This document shows positions 47,585 to 56,894 of a stretch of 64,000 nucleotides of DNA, piece after piece. Numbering within the stretch: position 1 is the first letter of the stretch; every line of letters starts with the position of its first letter. The notes beneath the pieces are model-generated. The model did no database searches, was not told the origin of the DNA, and saw only the letters and a program-made list of their open reading frames with translations. Position numbers and translations under genes: made by a program. Origin of the DNA: Sediminibacterium ginsengisoli (GTDB lineage: Bacteria; Bacteroidota; Bacteroidia; Chitinophagales; Chitinophagaceae); contig CAMDLR010000010.1 in assembly GCA_945901845.1 (NCBI GenBank), forward strand, positions 1,143 to 65,142, in the 5' to 3' direction.

Positions 47585-49276
47585 ATGTCAAATTCTCTAT
47601 TTAGAAAAAAATCAATTGCAAAAATTAATGCCGATGCTGCAGCAGCAGAGGGGCATGGCTCTGGACTTAAAAAAATATTAGGCGTAAAGGATTTAACTTT
47701 TATGGGTATTGCTGCCGTTATTGGGGCAGGTATATTTTCTACTATTGGTACCGCTGCATTTAATGGTGGTCCGGGTATATCCCTTTTATTTGTTATTACA
47801 GCCATCACTTGTGGGTTTAGTGCACTTTGTTATGCCGAGTTTGCAAGTAGGGTTCCTATTGCAGGAAGTGCTTACACCTATGCCTATGTTTCTTTTGGCG
47901 AAGTAGTTGCTTGGATTATTGGTTGGGCGCTTATACTTGAATATGCCATTGGTAATATTGTAGTAGCTATTAGTTGGAGTGGTTATTTTAATAATTTATT
48001 AGAAGGATTTAATATTCATTTGCCAGGATGGCTTGCTACCAATACCACAAATGCACAAAGTGGTTACGATGAAGCGGTTAAAGCCATGGCAGGTGGCGCT
48101 TCACTTGAAAGTTTGGGTAGACATGCAAAAACGGGTTACGACGCAATTGTTAACGCACCGGTTATTGCTGGTATAAAATTCATTATCAATATACCTGCTT
48201 TTGTAATTGTAATGCTTGTGACAGCACTTGCTTATATCGGTATTAAAGAGAGCAAGAAGATGACCAACTACATGGTAATTTTTAAAATTGCCGTAATCAT
48301 TTTTGTAATTGTGATGGGCTTTTTTTATGTAGACACCGCTAACTGGGATCCATTTTTACCCAACGAATTCACGGGTGTACTTGCGGGAGTATCTGCTGTG
48401 TTTTATGCCTATATTGGTTTTGATGCCATTTCAACCACGGCCGAAGAATGTAAAAATCCGCAACGTGATTTACCACGCGGTATGATTTATTCCTTAATTA
48501 TTTGTACGGTCCTGTATATTTTAATTGCGCTAGTATTAACCGGCATGGTTCATTATAGTGAATTAAAAGTAGATGATCCACTCGCTTACGTGTTTCAAAA
48601 ACTGCACCTCAATAAAATTGGCTATTTAATTTCGGTAAGCGCAGTTGTTGCAACAACTAGTGTACTTCTTGTTTTTCAATTGGGACAACCGCGTATTTGG
48701 ATGAGTATGAGTAGGGATGGACTTTTACCTAAAAAGTTTGCACAAGTGCATCCTAAATTTGGTACGCCTTCTTTCGCGACCATTGTAACGGGTTGCCTCG
48801 TAGGTATACCATCACTTTTTGTTTCTAGTTCTACCATGACCGATTTAACCAGTATTGGAACACTCTTTGCATTTGTGCTGGTGTGTTTTGGTGTACTTGT
48901 TTTACCGCGTATGGCCAAAGAAGCGGGTAGTTCTGCTTTCAGACTTCCGTATCTTAACGGACAGTTTATCATCCCTGCTATTGTAGCGGTATTCGTTTAT
49001 TTTTCAATGAACCGGATATCAGATGCCTTTACTAATTATGCTACCGAAGGGTTTCAAGAAATTTTATTTTTACTCTTTATATTTATTGCCATTGTTACAG
49101 GGGTATTAAGTTTTGTTCGAAAATATTCGGTGATACCAGTAGTAGGTGCACTTTGCTGTCTCTATTTAATGATTGAAATACCCGCGATTAGTTGGTTGTG
49201 GTTTTTTGTATGGATGGGCCTTGGTTTAACCATTTACTTCTTTTATAGTAGACGTAGAAGTAAACTCGCAGCATAA
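47585..49276 (+). CDS. APC-superfamily amino acid permease (cationic amino acid transporter-like)
   Basis: 563 aa with about 14 TM helices, N-terminal GIAAVIGAGIF and AGSAYTYAY motifs typical of the APC/CAT family. Confidence 0.85.
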   Translation: MSNSLFRKKSIAKINADAAAAEGHGSGLKKILGVKDLTFMGIAAVIGAGIFSTIGTAAFNGGPGISLLFVITAITCGFSALCYAEFASRVPIAGSAYTYAYVSFGEVVAWIIGWALILEYAIGNIVVAISWSGYFNNLLEGFNIHLPGWLATNTTNAQSGYDEAVKAMAGGASLESLGRHAKTGYDAIVNAPVIAGIKFIINIPAFVIVMLVTALAYIGIKESKKMTNYMVIFKIAVIIFVIVMGFFYVDTANWDPFLPNEFTGVLAGVSAVFYAYIGFDAISTTAEECKNPQRDLPRGMIYSLIICTVLYILIALVLTGMVHYSELKVDDPLAYVFQKLHLNKIGYLISVSAVVATTSVLLVFQLGQPRIWMSMSRDGLLPKKFAQVHPKFGTPSFATIVTGCLVGIPSLFVSSSTMTDLTSIGTLFAFVLVCFGVLVLPRMAKEAGSSAFRLPYLNGQFIIPAIVAVFVYFSMNRISDAFTNYATEGFQEILFLLFIFIAIVTGVLSFVRKYSVIPVVGALCCLYLMIEIPAISWLWFFVWMGLGLTIYFFYSRRRSKLAA

Positions 49277-50298
49277 TGAAATATCAGATTGGTGACGAAA
49301 TTTTAGTCTTGCATAGCAACGAAGAAGGAAAAGTGGTTGATTTTATCAATGATAAAATGGTGATGATTGAAGTGCGCGGCGTAAAGTTTCCGGCGTACAT
49401 GGATCAAATTGATTTTCCTTATTTTAAGCGCTTCACCCAAAAAAAAATTGTAGAGGCTCAAAAGCCGCTTAAACAATTTATTGATAATATTCCAACCGAA
49501 AAACCAAAGCCTACTGCCGTAAAAGAAGAAACGGGTGTTTGGTTAACCCTCATTCCTAAATTTGGACTCGACGATTTTAATGATGAAATTGTTGTTTCGT
49601 TTAAGGTACATCTAGTAAACAATATGGCCACTGCATATGGGTTTCATTACAAGCAGTATTTGTCTTCTAGTTTAAATTTTGAATTAGACACCACCATTCA
49701 ACCTTTTCATGATTTTTATTTACATGACCTAGCGTTTGAAGCCATCAACGATACGCCTAATTTTAGTGTAGACTTTTCTTTACTTCAAAAAGTAAAATAT
49801 AAGGCAGCGCATTATGAAACAATGCTTAAGCTAAAGCCTAAGCAGGTATTTAATGCCATCGAAAAATTAAAAGAAAACAACGACCCTACACTTACGTATT
49901 TGTTGTTTGATTCATATCCAGACGAAGCTATAGTTGAAACTTTTGATATTTCTAAATTATCGGCAGCCGGGTTTAAAGTGTATGACGCTAAAAAAATTAA
50001 AGAAAATTTACCGCCGCCAAGAACAGTCGTAGACCTCCACATCGAAAAGCTCACAAATAGCTATTTGCATTTATCCAATACCGAAATTATGGGTATTCAG
50101 TTAAGTGAGTTTGATAAATGGTTTGACCTAGCCGTCGCGCACCGCCTGCCTTCATTTATTGTGATCCATGGCGTAGGCGAAGGGGTATTACGAGACGAAT
50201 TGCATAGCATTTTAAAGACCAAAAGAGAGGTTAAACACTTTATCAATCAATACGATACGCGCTTTGGGTATGGTGCCACAGAGATATTCTTTAAATAA
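49276..50298 (+). CDS. Smr (MutS2 C-terminal-like) domain protein with an unassigned N-terminal region
   Basis: 340 aa. The C-terminal ~80 aa Smr domain reads VVDLHIEKL...IVIHGVGEGVLRDELHSIL. The ATG overlaps the permease stop as TAATG. Confidence 0.7.
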   Translation: MKYQIGDEILVLHSNEEGKVVDFINDKMVMIEVRGVKFPAYMDQIDFPYFKRFTQKKIVEAQKPLKQFIDNIPTEKPKPTAVKEETGVWLTLIPKFGLDDFNDEIVVSFKVHLVNNMATAYGFHYKQYLSSSLNFELDTTIQPFHDFYLHDLAFEAINDTPNFSVDFSLLQKVKYKAAHYETMLKLKPKQVFNAIEKLKENNDPTLTYLLFDSYPDEAIVETFDISKLSAAGFKVYDAKKIKENLPPPRTVVDLHIEKLTNSYLHLSNTEIMGIQLSEFDKWFDLAVAHRLPSFIVIHGVGEGVLRDELHSILKTKREVKHFINQYDTRFGYGATEIFFK

Positions 50299-50302
50299 AG
50301 GT

Positions 50303-50310
50303 TATCTTTG
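50303..50310 (+). promoter_or_regulatory. Bacteroidota -7 promoter box TAtcTTTG for rnpB
   Basis: Exact TAnnTTTG match. It ends 5 nt before the first nucleotide of the predicted P1 stem of RNase P RNA. Confidence 0.5.
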
Positions 50311-50315
50311 CAGCT

Positions 50316-50687
50316 CCATAAGCCCGAACCATCGAGGTGCTTAGGCACTTAGGAAAGTCCGGACAGCATAGGGCAACCCACCGGTTAAGCGCCGGCCGTT
50401 TATATGGTAGCATATAATTGAGAGATAGTGCCACAGAAAATAACTTCCGTTTTGCAAAAAGCGGACACAGGTGAAAATGTGAGGTAAGAGCTCACAGCTT
50501 TTGTTGGTAACAGCAAAGGAGGGTAAACCTTGGGTGTTGTAATGCCATGTATAGGAATCTTTGAAAGCGGCTCGTTTGATTCCAATTTATTGGAAGGGTT
50601 CCAGGGTAGGCAGCAAGATTGTGTTAGTAATAACACAACTAGATAAATGATGGTTTAGAAACAGAATCCGGCTTACGAGGCTTATGG
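50316..50687 (+). ncRNA. rnpB: RNase P RNA, bacterial type A
   Basis: The P1 stem pairs CCATAAGCC (50316-24) with GGCTTATGG (50679-87). The universally conserved P4 strands are AGGAAAGTCCGGAC (50351-64) and ACAGAATCCGGCTTA (50661-75). A T-run follows the 3' end. The 78-aa minus-strand ORF at 50400-50636 is spurious. Confidence 0.9.
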
Positions 50688-50717
50688 TTTTTTTTATTTT
50701 GAAATAATTGTATTGAT

Positions 50718-51810
50718 ATGACACAAGAGCAGATTAAGTATATGAGAGACCGAGTGACGGTTTTGAGGAGGTTTCTTTGACGTTGAGAACCGCAACTATA
50801 AAGTAGATACAGACAAACAACTTTCGCTTTCGCCTGGCTTCTGGGATGACAACATCCGGGCTACTGGTATCATGAAAGAAATTAAGGTAAATGAATATTG
50901 GTTAAAGCTTTTTAAGCAGGTCGAAAATAGCGTAGAAGATTTTGCGACCCTGTTTGAATTTTGGAAGGCTGGTGATGCCACCGAAGAAGAAACCAAAGAA
51001 GCGCACGTTATTGCCCTTGCGCAAATAGAAGAAGCTGAATTTAAAAGCACACTCAATAAACCAGAAGACGAGCTCACTGCCGTTTTACAAATTAATCCGG
51101 GTGCCGGTGGAACGGAAAGTCAAGACTGGGCCGAAATGTTACTGCGCATGTACCGTATGTATGGTGAAAAGCAAGGTTGGAAAGTAACCGAAATAGATTT
51201 TCAGGCTGGCGATGGCGCGGGTATTAAAAGTGCAACCCTAGAATTTGAAGGAGACTTTGCGTATGGATTTTTAAAGGCAGAAAGTGGTGTTCACCGTCTC
51301 GTTCGTATCTCTCCATTTGATAGCAATGCCAGAAGGCATACCTCATTTGCTTCTGTATATGTATATCCATTAATTGATGATACCATCGAAATTACCGTTA
51401 ACCCTGCCGATTTAGAATGGGCCTTTTATAGAAGTGGTGGAAGTGGTGGTCAAAACGTAAATAAAGTAGAAACAGCCGTTCGTTTAAAGCATGGACCCAG
51501 TGGTTTTATAGTAGAGTGCCAGCAGGCCAGAACGCAGGGTGAAAATAGAGAGCTCGCATTAAAGATGCTTAAGAGCAGGCTTTACGAAGAGGAGCTACGC
51601 AAGCGTCAAGAAGCCCTCAATGCCACCAATGCCAACAAGAAAAAGATAGAGTGGGGAAGTCAAATAAGAAGCTATGTATTTCATCCATATAAGATGATTA
51701 AAGATCACCGTACCGATTATGAAGTAGGTAATGTGGGTCCAGTGATGGATGGAGAAATAGAAGGTTTTATTAAGGCGTATTTGATGCTAGAAAAGGAGAG
51801 CCAAGAATAG
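50718..51810 (+). CDS. prfB: peptide chain release factor 2 with programmed +1 frameshift (join 50718..50777, 50779..51810)
   Basis: Frame 0 encodes [20 protein letters not shown] and runs into TGA at 50778-80. The +1 frame continues DVENRNYKV... into the ORF-track frame, which contains the SPF motif (RISPFDS) and GGQ ([11 protein letters not shown]). Confidence 0.9.
50766..50781 (+). promoter_or_regulatory. RF2 autoregulatory +1 frameshift site
   Basis: AGGAGG TTT CTT TGA C: an internal Shine-Dalgarno-like element 3 nt upstream of the slippery CTT-TGA-C. This is the classical prfB recoding signal. Confidence 0.85.
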
Positions 51811-51819
51811 TTAAATTTG

Positions 51820-53109
51820 ATGTCTATGTTAGTGCCAATTTTGCTTATCATTTTTGTATTGGGTTATGCCTTTATTACGCTTGAGCATACCATTCATATT
51901 AATAAGTCGGCAACGGCACTTATTACTGCTGTTTTGTGTTGGACATTAATTATAGTGAATGCATCCGACAAAGAACTGGTGATAGAATCGCTTACGCATC
52001 ATTTAAGTGCGATTAGTGAAATCGTATTTTTTTTATTGGGTGCCATGACTATTGTAGAGTTAATTGATGCCCATGACGGATTTCAAAATATTGCAGAAGC
52101 TATAAAAACAACCAATAAAACAAAGCTCATTTGGCTCATAGCAATTATTACATTTTTCTTGTCTGCGGTATTGGATAATTTAACAACTACGATTGTGATG
52201 ATATCCATTTTAAATAAATTGATTGAAGACAAAAAAACCAAATGGATGTTACTCGGTCTTGTGATCATTGCTTCAAATGCAGGTGGCGCATGGAGCCCAA
52301 TAGGAGATGTCACAACTACGATGCTATGGATTGGAGGCCAAATTACGCCTATTAATATTGTTAAACAGGTGTTTTTTGCCAGCTTAGTGAGTATGGTTAT
52401 TCCAACCATTATTATCAGCTATATGATAAAAGGTCAAATTGCATTAAAGCAAGCGCCGGCAGATCAAGTAAATACTAGTTCAAATTTATTTGAGCGAAAC
52501 TTAATTTTTATAGTAGGTATTGGTGCATTGCTTTTTGTTCCCCTTTTTAAAACTATTACGCATTTGCCGCCGTATATGGGTATGCTACTTTGCCTCGGCA
52601 TTATTTGGGTGGTAACCGAAATATTACACAAGAAAAAGCCTTCAGAAGAAAGAGGTGTTTTGTCTGTTAACCATGCCATTCAAAAAATTGATACGCCTAG
52701 TATTTTATTTTTCTTTGGTATACTTATGAGTATCGCTTCACTGGAATATGTTGGGGTATTACCTGAGTTAGCCGCATTTTTAAATACAACCATTGGTGAT
52801 ATCAATTTGGTAGCCATTGCCATTGGGTTATTATCTGCAGTTTTAGATAATGTGCCACTCGTTGCTGCTTTACAAAGTATGTATACACTCGAGCAGTATC
52901 CACAAGATCATTATTTTTGGGAGTTACTCGCCTATACAGCAGGCACTGGTGGATCATGTTTGATTATTGGATCTGCTGCTGGGGTGGCGGTAATGGGGTT
53001 AGAAAAAATAGATTTTTTCTGGTACTTGAAACGAATTAGTTGGATTGCCTTAATTGGTTATTTGGTTGGCGCGCTTGTGTTTATTTTGCAACACAATTTA
53101 TTTCAGTAG
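51820..53109 (+). CDS. nhaD: NhaD-family sodium:proton antiporter
   Basis: About 429 aa polytopic membrane protein with SAVLDNLTTT and SAVLDNVPLVAA repeats typical of NhaD/ArsB-superfamily antiporters. The ATG at 51820 is preferred over the TTG at 51817. Confidence 0.75.
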   Translation: MSMLVPILLIIFVLGYAFITLEHTIHINKSATALITAVLCWTLIIVNASDKELVIESLTHHLSAISEIVFFLLGAMTIVELIDAHDGFQNIAEAIKTTNKTKLIWLIAIITFFLSAVLDNLTTTIVMISILNKLIEDKKTKWMLLGLVIIASNAGGAWSPIGDVTTTMLWIGGQITPINIVKQVFFASLVSMVIPTIIISYMIKGQIALKQAPADQVNTSSNLFERNLIFIVGIGALLFVPLFKTITHLPPYMGMLLCLGIIWVVTEILHKKKPSEERGVLSVNHAIQKIDTPSILFFFGILMSIASLEYVGVLPELAAFLNTTIGDINLVAIAIGLLSAVLDNVPLVAALQSMYTLEQYPQDHYFWELLAYTAGTGGSCLIIGSAAGVAVMGLEKIDFFWYLKRISWIALIGYLVGALVFILQHNLFQ

Positions 53110-53122
53110 CGTAAACGCTGTT

Positions 53123-54880
53123 CTAGTTTCCTATTAGTATATCAAACTTACTTTTTGGCCTAATTTTGTCTAGCCAGTTAAAACTTTTAAGTTTCAGCTC
53201 ATCATGATTGGTTTTACCACGCATGGGCAGTAGATTACCTTCTAAATTATTGATAAATTTAACACGCTTGGGTTTGCCTTCTGCAAAAATGATTTCTATA
53301 AGATCTGAACTGTTTTTATTGACGCCAACGAAACGCTTTTGTTCGTCCTGCGCATAATAAATGTTTTCCGCACTGCCCCTGGCTGTTAAAAAATCTACTT
53401 GTCCGGTACTATCAAATAATGCATTGATGCTATTACCTCTTACTTGATTAAAGTAGTTGCTACTATCTACTTTACTAATGCTTAACGCGTTTTCAAACAC
53501 ATAAATTCGCTCTGGTCTTTTATTTTTCAAGAATAAATAAATAGTGTCACCACTAATTTGGTTTTCCTGTGACCATAATATTGGGTTATCAAATAATCTA
53601 AACACCGAGTCTTGGCCGGAAAAAAACAAACTATCACCAACGGCTTGTAATGAGTCAGAAAATATTTTTACGTTTTTATAGGCTTCAAAATATTTTAAAG
53701 TACTATCTACGGTTGGCTCAGATTTTAGTTTAGCAGAATCGATACTATTTTTTGAACTACCTTTTTTAATGGTAGGTTTTGCTGCTGCAACTTTAACGGT
53801 ATCTTTAATAATTGTTTTTGTAACTCCTTTTTTTATGCTTGTATCAATTGGAACTGGTCTTACCCTTGGTATATTTTTTGTTTTCAATAAATCAATTACA
53901 CGTCCTGTAAATAAAGTATCTGCAGTAATAAATACACTATCGCTACCTTGTTTAATGATAAGGAGTGGTATTTGAGTTGCCATAATGGTACTCCTTTTGT
54001 TATTGGTTTTGATATTATTGGCAATCATATCAAAACCTTGTTCCTTATCTTTACTTCTGTAAACGGCGTTACCTCTAAATTCACTGAGTCCATTGAGGCT
54101 ATCAATAGCAATTTCGTCGGCGGTAATGCTAAACGTAGAATCTTCTATGATAGACCGCTTGTATAAATTGGCGATTTTCTTTTTAATATCATAAAAGCCT
54201 TCACGCGTTTTGATTGTAAGGCCTTTTTTGTCTTTAATTATTGTAGGGCTTATAAAAGTAGACACCTCGGTAATGGTATTGTACTGAAGGCTATCCGTTT
54301 TTATAGTACCATTTGGTTGAACCAGTAATACATTTTTGAAAAAAAATATATCCTTACTTTCTCCATAATAGTTCCCTTCGGTACTCGTTAATGTCGTTTT
54401 TTTGTTGACCACTTTGCCGCCATACAAATAGGTGCCCAGTTTTAGATTTACATCGTAAGTCAAGTTTTCGGTAGTTAAGGTACTCTTGCCATCTGTTAAT
54501 CTTACTTTACTTGTGAGCAGCGCTTTTTTTTCTATTCCAATATATCTTAAGTACTGAGCATAGATATGAACGCTATCAGCGTCATTGATATGAACATTGC
54601 CAAAAGATTCTAGCGTATTTAAAATAGGATTTATGATAGCGCTATCTGCGTAAAAAAGTGTTTTGCCCTGTCTCACTTTTACATGTCCAGCATATGAAAT
54701 CAGTTGGTTGGTGTCTGATTTTTGAAGGTACTGTTTGTCTGCGGCTAAGATATACAAGTAGTTTTCCTCAGTAATTCCTTTTGGCTGGAGGTTGTCCTTT
54801 TGTTTCCCTGGTTGCGCATTTGCCAAAAATGTAACAAATAATAGGCATAGCGTTAGATATTGTTTGATTGAAACCGCCAT
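53123..54880 (-). CDS. OstA-like (LptA/LptD N-terminal fold) repeat protein, periplasmic
   Basis: 585 aa with a signal peptide (ANAQ) and a repeated beta-jellyroll-like pattern (GNV.I......I.A..L.Y......A.L...V.L). This is a fold-level call only. Confidence 0.55.
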   Translation of the reverse strand: MAVSIKQYLTLCLLFVTFLANAQPGKQKDNLQPKGITEENYLYILAADKQYLQKSDTNQLISYAGHVKVRQGKTLFYADSAIINPILNTLESFGNVHINDADSVHIYAQYLRYIGIEKKALLTSKVRLTDGKSTLTTENLTYDVNLKLGTYLYGGKVVNKKTTLTSTEGNYYGESKDIFFFKNVLLVQPNGTIKTDSLQYNTITEVSTFISPTIIKDKKGLTIKTREGFYDIKKKIANLYKRSIIEDSTFSITADEIAIDSLNGLSEFRGNAVYRSKDKEQGFDMIANNIKTNNKRSTIMATQIPLLIIKQGSDSVFITADTLFTGRVIDLLKTKNIPRVRPVPIDTSIKKGVTKTIIKDTVKVAAAKPTIKKGSSKNSIDSAKLKSEPTVDSTLKYFEAYKNVKIFSDSLQAVGDSLFFSGQDSVFRLFDNPILWSQENQISGDTIYLFLKNKRPERIYVFENALSISKVDSSNYFNQVRGNSINALFDSTGQVDFLTARGSAENIYYAQDEQKRFVGVNKNSSDLIEIIFAEGKPKRVKFINNLEGNLLPMRGKTNHDELKLKSFNWLDKIRPKSKFDILIGN

Positions 54881-55890
54881 TATTGTTTAATAGTGCTTGC
54901 TGTGTCTATAATGGGGGCTAACAGTGGGCTGGCTTTATCTTTTTTGCCAAAGACCGAGAACTGAACATATCTTTTTGGATGAACTCGTAAGTCGTCTAGT
55001 AATGTATTAGCACTCTTCAAACTATTATTTAAGTTGTTATAAAGTGTTTTGTCATTGATAAGTTTACCTAAACTTCCTTCATCACTAGCTGCTTTTTTAA
55101 CAAGGGTATTTAAATTTTCGATAGCTGTTTTTAAATTACCAACAGTGCCGTTGATGTCTGCTGTTGCTAGTTTATTTGTTGTAGCTTCTAAATTTGATAG
55201 GGTAGCAGCTACCTCTTTATTATGGTCAGCTAAGTTTTTAGTAACGCTATTGATATTATTTACAGAGCTTGCGATTGCGCCAGACTGTTTGTCAAGCATT
55301 GATTCAATAGCAGCCGAAGAAACAATTAAGCTAGCCGTTGTTGTGTTGATGTTGGCTATGGCCTGCTGTAAATTATTTTTCGTATTGGGGTCAAAAATAC
55401 GATTGATATTTTTTAAGACACTATCAAGTGATTGAACCGTTATTTTGATTTGATCGGTAACGGGCTCTAACTTATTCATCGCATCATCAAATAGTCCAAT
55501 AGCATTTCTTGTTGCAATAGTATCCTGAGGTTTCAAAAAAAGTGAATTATTACCAAGTTTTATAATAATACTGGGTGTGCCAAGTGGGTTATCTTTAATG
55601 CTTGCTACTGAGTTAATTGGTATTTTATAATTTTGATTGAGCTTGATCGTCACTAAAATAGAGTGTAAATTATAATCGGTATTTTCGATATCAATAACAC
55701 TTCCTACTTGAAAGCCATTTACATAAACAGGATTTGATACCATAAGACCCTTGGTATCTTCGTATTTGGCAAAAATATAATTACCTGTTTTAAATAATGT
55801 TTTACCCTTCAAAAAGTTGAAACCTAATATTAGAACCGTAATAGAAATAGCGGTTAGTGCTCCAACTTTTGATTCATTCGAAATCTTCAT
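54880..55890 (-). CDS. MlaD/MCE-domain protein
   Basis: 336 aa with an N-terminal TM anchor, an MCE domain (G...V.V.GF.VG.V..I) and a long Asn/Leu-rich helical C-terminal region. Confidence 0.8.
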   Translation of the reverse strand: MKISNESKVGALTAISITVLILGFNFLKGKTLFKTGNYIFAKYEDTKGLMVSNPVYVNGFQVGSVIDIENTDYNLHSILVTIKLNQNYKIPINSVASIKDNPLGTPSIIIKLGNNSLFLKPQDTIATRNAIGLFDDAMNKLEPVTDQIKITVQSLDSVLKNINRIFDPNTKNNLQQAIANINTTTASLIVSSAAIESMLDKQSGAIASSVNNINSVTKNLADHNKEVAATLSNLEATTNKLATADINGTVGNLKTAIENLNTLVKKAASDEGSLGKLINDKTLYNNLNNSLKSANTLLDDLRVHPKRYVQFSVFGKKDKASPLLAPIIDTASTIKQ

Positions 55891-55906
55891 GTAACAAAAT
55901 TAAGGT

Positions 55907-56848
55907 TTATTGACCGCCTACGCCTATCTGATTCTCTAATGATTTTTTATAAATCCGAACAGATTTGGTGATCACATCACATATTTCTAATTGTCCTTTC
56001 TCACTATTTAGGTAGTCTTCTTCGTCGGGGTTTGATATAAATCCAGTTTCAACTAGTACAGCAGGCATACTTACTGCTTGTAATACCCAGATGCCTTTTT
56101 TACGTTGTTGTGCTTGTCTACTAACACGTCCTAATTTTTGAAATTCCTCCTCAATGGTTAGGGCTAGTTTGGCACTTCGTTGGAAATATTGTTGTGTCAT
56201 TATATTTGCCAACATTTGTTTGGTTGGATCATTGGCATCTGTTAGTTTTCGGGCCTCCAATATTTTTAAGGAAACACTATCAAGGTATTCATCAACACTT
56301 TCTCCAGCAGCGGCCTTTCTTTCTTCTGTTTTGTCAACCCCATAAATAAATGTTTCAGTGCCAATAGCTGAGCTTGGTAAATGAGTTATTTTGTATTGAG
56401 GTACCTTTTTATATATTTTCTTGCCTTTTTTTCCTTTGACGGTAATTGTTTTGTAGCCTACTACTTCTCTGATGGTTCTTGATCCTGCCGAATTTACGTG
56501 GATACAAATAAACAAATCACCTTTTAAGCGGTTTGCGATATCAGCTTTTTCAACAACTGAATTAAAAACATCGGTTTTGCGGGTCATTAAAATTTCAACA
56601 TCTGGAAGTGCCTGCTTTAACTGTATTTCTAGTTTTAGAGCAACCGCTAGAGAAATGTCTTTTTCGGTAGAATATCTACCTGTTGCTCCAACATTGCCTC
56701 CTCCGTGACCAGCATCTATAATAATCCTTTTCAGGGCTTGTTTTTGGATAGGCGCTGTTTTAATGATAGTATTAGGACCACCGTAAGAAAATGCCTGCGT
56801 ACTCAAAAAGAGAGTGCTTATCCAAGCCGCAATTCGTCTAATCTTCAT
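55907..56848 (-). CDS. N-acetylmuramoyl-L-alanine amidase (Amidase_3)
   Basis: 313 aa with a signal peptide, IIIDAGHGG, IHVNS and PAVLVETGFISNP.EE motifs. Confidence 0.85.
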   Translation of the reverse strand: MKIRRIAAWISTLFLSTQAFSYGGPNTIIKTAPIQKQALKRIIIDAGHGGGNVGATGRYSTEKDISLAVALKLEIQLKQALPDVEILMTRKTDVFNSVVEKADIANRLKGDLFICIHVNSAGSRTIREVVGYKTITVKGKKGKKIYKKVPQYKITHLPSSAIGTETFIYGVDKTEERKAAAGESVDEYLDSVSLKILEARKLTDANDPTKQMLANIMTQQYFQRSAKLALTIEEEFQKLGRVSRQAQQRKKGIWVLQAVSMPAVLVETGFISNPDEEDYLNSEKGQLEICDVITKSVRIYKKSLENQIGVGGQ

Positions 56849-56894
56849 ATCAATTCTTTAAAGGATTATAGATATAAGTTATTTTACACCATTG

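Noticed and set aside
50400-50636. 78-aa minus-strand ORF
   Set aside because: It lies entirely within RNase P RNA, which has its conserved P4 strands and P1 pairing. It is not coding.
55049-55435. 128-aa plus-strand ORF inside the MlaD gene
   Set aside because: It is antisense to the Asn/Leu/Ala-rich helical region of MlaD and reflects a low-complexity mirror frame.
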